A stretch of DNA of 64,000 bases from an uncultured Dehalococcoidia bacterium (GTDB lineage: Bacteria; Chloroflexota; Dehalococcoidia; Lucifugimonadales; UBA826): assembly GCA_964394975.1 (NCBI GenBank), contig CAYMZR010000002.1, forward strand, positions 8,979-72,978. The letters are read 5' to 3'. Positions within the stretch are counted from its first letter, which is position 1, and each line of letters begins with the position of its first letter. The notes under the pieces are model-generated. The model was not told the origin of the DNA. It saw nothing but the letters and a program-made list of their open reading frames with translations, and did no database searches. The position numbers were made by a program, and so were the translations under genes. Of this stretch, positions 49,875-58,121 are shown piece after piece.

Positions 49875-50903
49875 TTGAAAAGATCTTCATTATTGCTGAT
49901 CTCCGGACTAATACTATTGCTGATATTCGCATTGACCACCGATCTCGGAGAAATGTGGAGCACCTTTCATAATGCAAATTATCTGGTTCTTATACCAGGA
50001 ATCGTAGCCTACTTCATAGGAGTATGGTTCCGTACATTAAGATGGCAAGTGCTATTGCGAGGGATAAAAATTATCAATATGGGAACTTTGTTTCCGATAG
50101 TGGTAATCGGATACATGGCAAACAACATACTCCCATTTCGGTTAGGAGAACTGGTAAGAGGATATTACCTCAAAAATAAAGAGGAAGTTTCAACAGCCAC
50201 TGCGTTGAGCACAATATTTATTGAGCGAATCATGGATGGTTTAGCTCTTATTGTAATCCTCATTGGGACCTCTGTATTTGTACCATTTGACGAAATCTTC
50301 ACAAGATTGGCCAACATGACCAAGATAAATGAGTTAATTTTGGTTGCACTTTTCACTTTGCCGTTTGCGATAGCATTCCTTCTATTGATAGCAATCGCTG
50401 TAAATGCTCAACAATCTCTAGATATCTTCACCAAACTAACTTTCCGTTTACCAAATAGCCTGGCATCAAAAATTAACCAATTTATGGAAGAGGTAATCAC
50501 CGGGCTAAAATCTTTGACGAGCTGGAAGATCACATGCAAAGCTTTGATTTTATCCTTCCCGATATGGATACTTGAAGCCATTCTATTTCATTCAGTTTTG
50601 ATTAGTTTAAATATCATCCCAAGCGGTACTAGCGTTTTACAGGTATTTTTCTCAGCCGCCAGTGTTACTGCTATAACTAACATTGGAGCATCGATTCCAT
50701 CACTGCCAGGGGGAATTGGATTATTTGAGTTATTAGCACGTGAGAGTCTGATGGTAATTGAAACAGTACGAGTTTCCAGATCAGAAGCTGCGGCTTTTGC
50801 TACCCTCACCCATTTTTGTTTAATACTGCCGATTGTTTTGTTAGGCCAGTTATTTCTATGGAATGATGGTCTCTCAATGAAAAAACTTCACCGTCAGATA
50901 TAA
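49875..50903 (+). CDS. UPF0104 / lysylphosphatidylglycerol-synthase-TM-region (flippase-like) membrane protein
   Basis: 8 predicted TM helices, FRTLRWQVLL, and NNILPFRLGELVRGY motifs typical of TIGR00374-like proteins (from memory). Confidence 0.65.
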   Translation: MKRSSLLLISGLILLLIFALTTDLGEMWSTFHNANYLVLIPGIVAYFIGVWFRTLRWQVLLRGIKIINMGTLFPIVVIGYMANNILPFRLGELVRGYYLKNKEEVSTATALSTIFIERIMDGLALIVILIGTSVFVPFDEIFTRLANMTKINELILVALFTLPFAIAFLLLIAIAVNAQQSLDIFTKLTFRLPNSLASKINQFMEEVITGLKSLTSWKITCKALILSFPIWILEAILFHSVLISLNIIPSGTSVLQVFFSAASVTAITNIGASIPSLPGGIGLFELLARESLMVIETVRVSRSEAAAFATLTHFCLILPIVLLGQLFLWNDGLSMKKLHRQI

Positions 50904-50932
50904 ACTCAACCAAATAGGCAAAAAGAGGACAC

Positions 50933-52252
50933 ATGAAATTTGGGATTATAGGAGCTGGAGCCACAGGATTGGCAGCCGCCTACGATCTTTCTCGTAAGGG
51001 TCACCAGGTTAAAATCTTTGAGTCTTCTGATTTCATTGGTGGACATGCTTCAACTTTTGAAATCGCAGGGGCTGAACTTGAAAAGGGATATCATCATTGG
51101 TTCACAAATGATGCAGACATACTTTCCTTAATAAATGAAATTGGACTGCGCGAAATTATTGAATGGTTCCCTTCCAGCGTAGGAACCTACCAGAATGGCC
51201 AAATTTATGATTTTCTTACTCCCTTGGACCTAATGAAATTCAGCCCTCTCAGTTTATTGAATAGAGTGAAAATGGGCCTATCATCACTGAAAATAAGATA
51301 CATAAAAGAATGGCAATACCTCGAATCCATATCTGCAAAAGAATGGTTAACTCAAAACACCAATCAAGAAATTTATGATTCATTTTGGCAACCAATGTTA
51401 CGTGGCAAATTTGGGGAGGAAAACCACGATAAAATAAGTATGGCGTGGATATGGGGAAAAATGACCACACGATTTGCCTCTAGAAAAAACCTCCTTGCAA
51501 AGGAAGTTTTGGGCTATCCCCGAGGAAGTTTCTCTCACCTATTTCGAAAATTAGCTGAATCCTGTGAGGCCAATGAAGCTGAATTTTTTTTGTCCAGCCG
51601 GGTCAATAGAATAAAAGGGTTGGATTCTGGGCAGATTTCGATGTCAATTGGGCATCCAGAATCGGAAGAAATTTTTGACGCTGTCATAGCCTCAACCCCG
51701 TCCCAGATTTTCAACCGTGTCACAGAAGGGCTTTCAGAAAAATACAGAACTAAGCTTTTAAACATAAAATACATGGCTGCAGTATTAATAATCCTTGTAA
51801 TGGATCATCCTCTGTCCGATGTATATTGGCTGAACATAGCTGATAGATCTATACCATTCATAGGAGTCATCGAACATACAAACTTGGTAGGATCAGAAAT
51901 CTATGGAAACAACCGGATAGTCTATCTATCAAACTATTTGGCAGAAACCGACCCGCTTTACATAATGAGTGATGAAGAATTGTTTAATATCTACCTACCC
52001 CACTTAAAAAAAATAAATCCGAAATTCGATCGTGACTGGGTAAAAGAATATCATCACTATAAGATCCCGAATGCTCAACCTGTAGTCGATACAAACTACA
52101 GCAAAAATATACCCGACCATGAAACTGGAATTCAAAATCTCTACCTAGCAAACACCTCGCAAGTTTACCCTCAAGATAGAGGCACAAATTACAGCGTTGC
52201 TATGGGTAGAAAAATGGCAGCTTTAGCTTTGCAAAATCTTAAAATAAAATGA
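50933..52252 (+). CDS. FAD/NAD(P)-dependent oxidoreductase (amine oxidase / phytoene desaturase / PPO superfamily)
   Basis: MKFGIIGAGATGLAAAYDLSRKGHQVKIFESSDFIGGH dinucleotide-binding motif. Confidence 0.8.
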   Translation: MKFGIIGAGATGLAAAYDLSRKGHQVKIFESSDFIGGHASTFEIAGAELEKGYHHWFTNDADILSLINEIGLREIIEWFPSSVGTYQNGQIYDFLTPLDLMKFSPLSLLNRVKMGLSSLKIRYIKEWQYLESISAKEWLTQNTNQEIYDSFWQPMLRGKFGEENHDKISMAWIWGKMTTRFASRKNLLAKEVLGYPRGSFSHLFRKLAESCEANEAEFFLSSRVNRIKGLDSGQISMSIGHPESEEIFDAVIASTPSQIFNRVTEGLSEKYRTKLLNIKYMAAVLIILVMDHPLSDVYWLNIADRSIPFIGVIEHTNLVGSEIYGNNRIVYLSNYLAETDPLYIMSDEELFNIYLPHLKKINPKFDRDWVKEYHHYKIPNAQPVVDTNYSKNIPDHETGIQNLYLANTSQVYPQDRGTNYSVAMGRKMAALALQNLKIK

Positions 52253-52317
52253 ATTGTCCGAGTAAGGCCCCTATGATATGCTTGTGACAATTTTTACAAA
52301 GATCAGGATAGGCATCT

Positions 52318-52806
52318 TTGACAACCGAAAAAGACAATCTCAGGATTAGTATTAAAGAGGCCATTGATTCTCAAAAACGGCCTACTGTCACTGTATTATC
52401 ATCTTTGCTAGCAATTCAGGACTCAATAGGTTACATCCCTGACGAGGCAATAGAAGAAGTAGCAGTTCACTCCAACACCTCAATTAATTCTGTATTTGGA
52501 GTGGCCTCCTTTTACCCTAATTTCAGATTTACACCGCCGGGAGAACATTCAGTCGAAGTCTGCTGGGGACCCACCTGCCACCTGAAAGGATCTACTGAAA
52601 TATTGGAATCAGTTCTTGCCAAACTAGGCTTGGCGTCAGAAGGTGACACCGAAGACGGCAAGGTGTCATTCAGATTCAATACATGCCTAGGGGCTTGTTC
52701 ACAGGCTCCAGTTTTGAGTGTCGACCATGAATTATACGGAAAAATTGATCCGGGAATGGCCGCTAAATTATTAGGCGATCTTGATCAAAAAGACACAACC
52801 CACTGA
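52318..52806 (+). CDS. nuoE: NuoE-like [2Fe-2S] thioredoxin-fold subunit
   Basis: CWGPTCHLKG ... CLGACSQAP four-Cys pattern. It has a TTG start. Confidence 0.85.
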   Translation: MTTEKDNLRISIKEAIDSQKRPTVTVLSSLLAIQDSIGYIPDEAIEEVAVHSNTSINSVFGVASFYPNFRFTPPGEHSVEVCWGPTCHLKGSTEILESVLAKLGLASEGDTEDGKVSFRFNTCLGACSQAPVLSVDHELYGKIDPGMAAKLLGDLDQKDTTH

Positions 52807-52822
52807 CAGGCCAAAGTAGTCA

Positions 52823-54571
52823 ATGAATTACGAAGAAATTGCCTCTAACGCTAAAACTGAATGGGACAACATGACTAATGGCAGAGTCCCTTTGATTAGA
52901 ATCGGTACGGCCATGTGTGGACACGCTGCTGGTGCTTTCAGAGTCTTAGACACGTTGAAAAAACATATTGCTGAAAAGGAAATAGAAGCCAATATACAAG
53001 AAGTTGGATGCCTTGGTCTTTGCTATGCTGAGCCTCTTATAGACATAAAAAAGCCGAATAAATCAAGGCTTTTCTTCAACAACGTAACCCCTGAAGATGT
53101 TGGTGAAATAATTGACGAGTATTTAGTCGCTAATGGATACCCAAAAGAAAAAATTTTCGGGTATATCGGAAACGAAGGGCCGGTCAACGATGAAGCTTCT
53201 CTTGAATCAATGCCATGCCTGAAGCTCCAAAACAGAATAGCGCTTAGAAATGCGGGACACACATCGCCGTATGACATAAACCAATACATAGCCAATGGTG
53301 GCTACAGCGGGCTACATAAGGCGCTGTCCAATATGTCTCCCTCAGACGTTATAGACGAAGTAAAAAACTCAGGACTTAGAGGACGAGGAGGAGCTGCATT
53401 CCCAACAGGTGTGAAATGGAGTTTCTTGGTAGGGTCTCCAGGCCCAACCAAATACATCTTATGCAATTGCGAAGAGGGAGATCCAGGTGCTTATAATGAC
53501 AAAGGAATATTAGAGAGCGATCCACATACCTTGCTGGAGGGACTCGCTATTGCTGGATACGCCACTGGAGCATCCAATGGAATAGTTTTCATAAGACATG
53601 GACATGATGGACCAATTGATAGAACTGAAAAAGCTATCGAGCAAGCTTACGAATCCGGTTTACTAGGAAAAAATATCTTAGGAACAGATTTTAGCTTCGA
53701 TATAGAGGTGGCTCTAACTGGTGAATCTTATGTTGCCGGTGAAGAAACAGCTCTAATGGAAGCCGTAGAAGGCAAAAGATCTATGCCCAGATACCGGCCT
53801 CCATTTCCTGCAGCGTTCGGAGTTTGGGGAAAGCCAAGCAACATTAACAATGTCAAATCCTTGTCGTATGCCCCAGAAATAATCTCAAAGGGAGCAGACT
53901 GGTTTTCTTCCATTGGTGTCAATCAAAGCACTGGCACTGCAATAGTATGTCTAAGTGGAGATGTAAACAGGCCAGGCCTCTATGAAGTGCCTATGGGATT
54001 GACTCTAGGAGAAGTTATAGATGACTTGGGAGGTGGTGTGAGTGACGGCGGCCAACTAAAACTCCTGCAGACAGGAGGGCCTTTAGGGGGGGTGTTAGGC
54101 CCAGATAGTAAGGATATTCATATAGATTTTGACGAAATGCGAAGCGCAGGTGCTATATTTGGATCTGGTGGAATAATTGTTGGAAGCAATAGGGTTTGTG
54201 CTGTCGATTTGACCAGAATACTAGTCGCCTTCTGCCAATTTGAATCTTGCGGAAAATGCTTTCCGTGCAGATTAGGGATGGAACATTTACTAGAAATTGT
54301 AGAAAGAATATCGAGCTACCGCAGCAAACCAGGTGATATGGATCTAATGAAAAGCGTCGGCGGAACAATGGAAGCCGGTTCACTTTGCGGACATGGCCAA
54401 TTAGGTTTTGGGCCTATCCGATCTGCTATCACACATTTCGAAGAGGATTTCAGATTACATATAGAGGAAAGCAGATGCCCAACAGGCAGCTGCGATCGTT
54501 CAAAAATCGTACCAAAAAATACCCGGCCATATGCTGCTGACCACGTAATTGGAGAGTACCATGTCAGATAA
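52823..54571 (+). CDS. nuoF: NuoF-like NADH/FMN-binding subunit with an extra N-terminal [2Fe-2S] ferredoxin-like domain
   Basis: GLRGRGGAAFPTGVKW, CNCEEGDPGAY, and ESCGKCFPCRLG. The N-terminal domain carries MCGH...GCLGLC. Confidence 0.88.
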   Translation: MNYEEIASNAKTEWDNMTNGRVPLIRIGTAMCGHAAGAFRVLDTLKKHIAEKEIEANIQEVGCLGLCYAEPLIDIKKPNKSRLFFNNVTPEDVGEIIDEYLVANGYPKEKIFGYIGNEGPVNDEASLESMPCLKLQNRIALRNAGHTSPYDINQYIANGGYSGLHKALSNMSPSDVIDEVKNSGLRGRGGAAFPTGVKWSFLVGSPGPTKYILCNCEEGDPGAYNDKGILESDPHTLLEGLAIAGYATGASNGIVFIRHGHDGPIDRTEKAIEQAYESGLLGKNILGTDFSFDIEVALTGESYVAGEETALMEAVEGKRSMPRYRPPFPAAFGVWGKPSNINNVKSLSYAPEIISKGADWFSSIGVNQSTGTAIVCLSGDVNRPGLYEVPMGLTLGEVIDDLGGGVSDGGQLKLLQTGGPLGGVLGPDSKDIHIDFDEMRSAGAIFGSGGIIVGSNRVCAVDLTRILVAFCQFESCGKCFPCRLGMEHLLEIVERISSYRSKPGDMDLMKSVGGTMEAGSLCGHGQLGFGPIRSAITHFEEDFRLHIEESRCPTGSCDRSKIVPKNTRPYAADHVIGEYHVR

Positions 54572-57236
54572 GGTTAACCTCACAATAGACGGAGTAGAAG
54601 TCCAAGCAGAGCCAGGCAGCATGATAATACAAGCTGCAATGGATAATGGTATGTACATACCATATCTATGCTATTACCCTGGAATGAAACCTTATGGAGC
54701 TTGCAGAATGTGCGTAGTAAAGGCAGAAGCTCCTACCCCAGACGGCAGCTATCGACCCTTGCCCGGCAGCCCAGCCTCATGCACAACCCCCATATCTGAA
54801 GGCATGAGAGTCGAAACAAACGCCGAGGATACCGTCGGGCTTCGGAAAGGAATAATGGAACTGCTCATATCAGAACATCCCCATGGTTGCCTTAATTGTC
54901 ACCGAATAGAACTTTGTGGCCCAACTGATGTTTGTCTTAGGCATGTTTCAGTTAACGATCGGTGTGTAACATGCCCAAAAAACGAAAGATGTGAATTAAA
55001 AGATACTGTGAGGTATATGGAAATGGAGCTTACCACTCCGCTTACGTATAACAATCGGCATCTCCCGTTAGAAGTCAAAGATCCTTTTTGGGACATGGAC
55101 ATGAATTTATGCATAGTATGTTCCAGATGTGTCAGGGCATGCGACGAGGTCAGAGGAGACAGTGCCATCACCCTAAAAGAGCGGTCTGGCAGAAGTATAA
55201 TTGGTACAGCAGCAGGAACCTCTCTGCTCGAGTCCGGATGCGAATTCTGTGGCGCATGCATAGATGTCTGTCCTACTGGAGCAATTGTGGAGAGAGAGTA
55301 CAAATGGGACAAAGCGGTTGAGCAGGTCTCAACCACCTGCCCTCATTGCCCAGTCGGATGTCAATTAGATCTTGATGTCAACAAAAGAAACAAGGTAGTA
55401 CGATCTATACCAAACCGTCACGCTGAAGCGAATATGGGTATGGCTTGCTTCAAAGGTAAATTCGGGTTGGACTTTGTTAACAAAAGAAATAGACTCAAAA
55501 AACCCATGCTCCGTAGAAATTCAGAACTCAAAGAAGTTACGTGGCCTGAAGCTTTGGATTTTCTATCTGAAAAGTTGGACGGTTATACAAATGACGATTA
55601 TGCCTTAATAGGTTCTACAAGAGGAACTAATGAGGATAATTATGTCGCACAAAAATTTGCACGAAGAGTGATGAAGTCAAACAACATTAATGTTTCATCG
55701 AATTCAAGAACTAAATTAGTGTCTGCTCTACAAAGTGCCATCGGTGACGACTCCGCCACCAACACAATATGGAGTCTACTAAATTCAGAGGTGATCCTAC
55801 TCGTATCAGCCAACATCACAGAAGAGCAAAACGTTGCTTCAGTCCCAATAAAACAGGCCATAGCAAAAGGTTCAAAGCTAATTGTCATTGACCAAAGAGA
55901 GACAGAGCTTACTCGGTATGCTACAAAATGGATTCGCCCTTTTGTTAATTCAGAATCTAACCTTATTGGCGGGCTCCTTAGGAGCATCCTAGATCAATCC
56001 TTAGAAGACCATGACTTCGCTAAGGAACATTGTGAAGGCTATGATGAATTCCGCAATTCTCTCTGGAATTTTGATCTCGTAAAAGTGAGTGCTCAAACCG
56101 GAATACCTCAAGAAGAAATAACTGAGCTAGCTCAGTTATTTGGCAAATCGGAATCATCATCAATACTATATGGGTTAGAAACAGTCTCTGAAGAGTATGT
56201 AGATCCCACAGTTAAATCCCTTGTCAATCTAGCTCTTGTTACAGGAAACATAGGGAAAAAATCCGGCGGTATATACCCTCTGTATGGTGGGGCAAACCAG
56301 CAGGGGGCTAAAGATATGGGCTGTGTACCTGACTTTTTGCCAGGACATAAACCGGTGGACGCCCCAGGTTTAAATTTAGATGAAATATCGAACGCCTGTT
56401 CATCTGGAAAGATAAAAGCCTTACATCTGATTGGTGATGAACTTTTCCACAACACCCACGAGCGACAGAATTTTTTGAAAAAGATAAAACACCTAGAGCT
56501 TTTAGTCGTTCACGAAAGTTTTGAAAGCGACATAACGAGAATGGCGGATGTTGTACTACCCTCAGCTGTCTTCGCAGAAAAAAACGGCACGTACACAAAT
56601 ATGGAAGGGAGGGTTCACCGACTCAGAGCCGCCATAGGACCGGCCGGAGATGAAGATGAAGATTGGAGAATATTATCGCAATTAGCGGCGAGATTGGGAT
56701 CAAATGAACTTTCCTATTCTTCCTATGAAGAGATTCAGACGGAGATAACACAAGAGGTAGATTCTTACAAAAATGTTCCAGTTGAAAACCTTGGAACGGC
56801 AGGACACATTAGGAAAATAGAATCAAAAAAGCGTTACCTTTTTTCACCTCTTGAATTCACTAAAAATGAAGAACCTGAAGTCGATGATAAATATCCACTC
56901 GTTTTTGCTCCAGGCAGAGTTTTATTCGACGCTGACAGAGACGCAGGTATAGTGACTGAGAATGACCAAAACACCATAACAAGAACGGAAATCATTGAAA
57001 TGAATAGAAAGGATGCTGAGGAAGCAGGAATTTCAGAAGGAGACACCGTTAAAATACAGGGGGAAAGTTTCGAACTAACAGGAAATGCCCATCTCAACGG
57101 CCTGCATTCAGGAATGGTGGCCACCACCACCCTGTTTGGCTCTTTAATAGCATCTTTGAATAACAGTACAGAACCAGATCCAATGACTAAAATAGGAAAT
57201 CTCAGGCTTTGCAAAGTGCGGGTCGAAAAAGTTTAA
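54561..57236 (+). CDS. NuoG / formate-dehydrogenase-alpha-like multi-FeS molybdopterin-fold subunit lacking the catalytic Cys/Sec
   Basis: An N-terminal 2Fe-2S motif (CYYPGMKPYGACRMC), two ferredoxin-type motifs (CIVCSRCVRAC, CEFCGACIDVC), and CPHCPVGC...ACFKG. The FdhA active-site stretch reads NNINVSSNSRTKLVSAL, with no Cys or TGA. The ATG at 54561 overlaps the nuoF-like stop. Confidence 0.8.
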   Translation: MSDKVNLTIDGVEVQAEPGSMIIQAAMDNGMYIPYLCYYPGMKPYGACRMCVVKAEAPTPDGSYRPLPGSPASCTTPISEGMRVETNAEDTVGLRKGIMELLISEHPHGCLNCHRIELCGPTDVCLRHVSVNDRCVTCPKNERCELKDTVRYMEMELTTPLTYNNRHLPLEVKDPFWDMDMNLCIVCSRCVRACDEVRGDSAITLKERSGRSIIGTAAGTSLLESGCEFCGACIDVCPTGAIVEREYKWDKAVEQVSTTCPHCPVGCQLDLDVNKRNKVVRSIPNRHAEANMGMACFKGKFGLDFVNKRNRLKKPMLRRNSELKEVTWPEALDFLSEKLDGYTNDDYALIGSTRGTNEDNYVAQKFARRVMKSNNINVSSNSRTKLVSALQSAIGDDSATNTIWSLLNSEVILLVSANITEEQNVASVPIKQAIAKGSKLIVIDQRETELTRYATKWIRPFVNSESNLIGGLLRSILDQSLEDHDFAKEHCEGYDEFRNSLWNFDLVKVSAQTGIPQEEITELAQLFGKSESSSILYGLETVSEEYVDPTVKSLVNLALVTGNIGKKSGGIYPLYGGANQQGAKDMGCVPDFLPGHKPVDAPGLNLDEISNACSSGKIKALHLIGDELFHNTHERQNFLKKIKHLELLVVHESFESDITRMADVVLPSAVFAEKNGTYTNMEGRVHRLRAAIGPAGDEDEDWRILSQLAARLGSNELSYSSYEEIQTEITQEVDSYKNVPVENLGTAGHIRKIESKKRYLFSPLEFTKNEEPEVDDKYPLVFAPGRVLFDADRDAGIVTENDQNTITRTEIIEMNRKDAEEAGISEGDTVKIQGESFELTGNAHLNGLHSGMVATTTLFGSLIASLNNSTEPDPMTKIGNLRLCKVRVEKV

Positions 57237-57268
57237 GTAAGACCCACTAGAGAAAGACAGGAGTAAAA

Positions 57269-58018
57269 ATGGCGACCAGAAAATTCCCTCAAAAAGCACC
57301 ATTGCAAGAAATTAAAATAGTTCGAAGAGAAGATCACACTGAAGACTTATTTTTAATGTGGCTTGAAAAACCTGAAGGGTACAGCTTCAAACCAGGACAA
57401 TATTGCACAATAGGGCATGATGGTGTTGAAAGAGCCTATTCCATAGCATCCGCACCTCATGAAGAACTAATAGAACTATTCATAGAACTAGTTCCTGTTT
57501 CTGAAGGTGGTGTGCTCACACCAATGCTTTGGGACCTACATGAAGGAGACAAAGTAACAATACGGCCGCGTGCTAAGGGGATTTTTACGTTCAAAGATGA
57601 AAAGAAAAACCAATTTCTAGTTTCTACAGTAACAGGGGTGGTTCCCTATGTCAGTTTCCTCCGAGATTATATTAAGAACGGTAAGAGTGGCCACCATTTC
57701 TACGTACTAGAGGGAGCGAGTTACACAGATGAATTTGTTTACGACAAGGAATTTGAAGACTTAAGTGAGGAAAATCCTTCTCTCGTCACCTTTGTACCAA
57801 CCATTAGCAGACCTGATGAAGCCAAAAATTCTAAATGGTCTGGAGATACCGGTAGGGTGAATAATATAGTCAAAGATAAGCTTAACGAATTTAATTTAAC
57901 CACCGATGACACTATGATTTACGCATGCGGCCATCCAGGCATGATTGAAGACGTAAAGGAAAAAGTAACTGTCGACGGGTATGAATTCCTTGAAGAGCGC
58001 TTCTGGAAAGACGACTAA
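57269..58018 (+). CDS. plant-type ferredoxin/flavodoxin--NAD(P)+ reductase-like flavoprotein
   Basis: RAYSIAS FAD motif, VSTVTGVVP NAD(P) motif, and YACGHPGM. Confidence 0.8.
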   Translation: MATRKFPQKAPLQEIKIVRREDHTEDLFLMWLEKPEGYSFKPGQYCTIGHDGVERAYSIASAPHEELIELFIELVPVSEGGVLTPMLWDLHEGDKVTIRPRAKGIFTFKDEKKNQFLVSTVTGVVPYVSFLRDYIKNGKSGHHFYVLEGASYTDEFVYDKEFEDLSEENPSLVTFVPTISRPDEAKNSKWSGDTGRVNNIVKDKLNEFNLTTDDTMIYACGHPGMIEDVKEKVTVDGYEFLEERFWKDD

Positions 58019-58121
58019 CGCTATTTAATACAAATTACCCGATTGTGTTTCAACTATGTAAATGCAATTACTGCCCTATTTTGGTTACAATGCTATTAAT
58101 CACGTTTTGGACCTATGCTTA

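Noticed and set aside
54561-57236. I looked for an in-frame TGA or Cys at the FdhA active site, since formate dehydrogenase is the commonest bacterial selenoprotein.
   Set aside because: The ORF is uninterrupted and the homologous segment (NNINVSSNSRTKL) has neither Cys nor TGA. It is not a selenoprotein and probably not a formate dehydrogenase.
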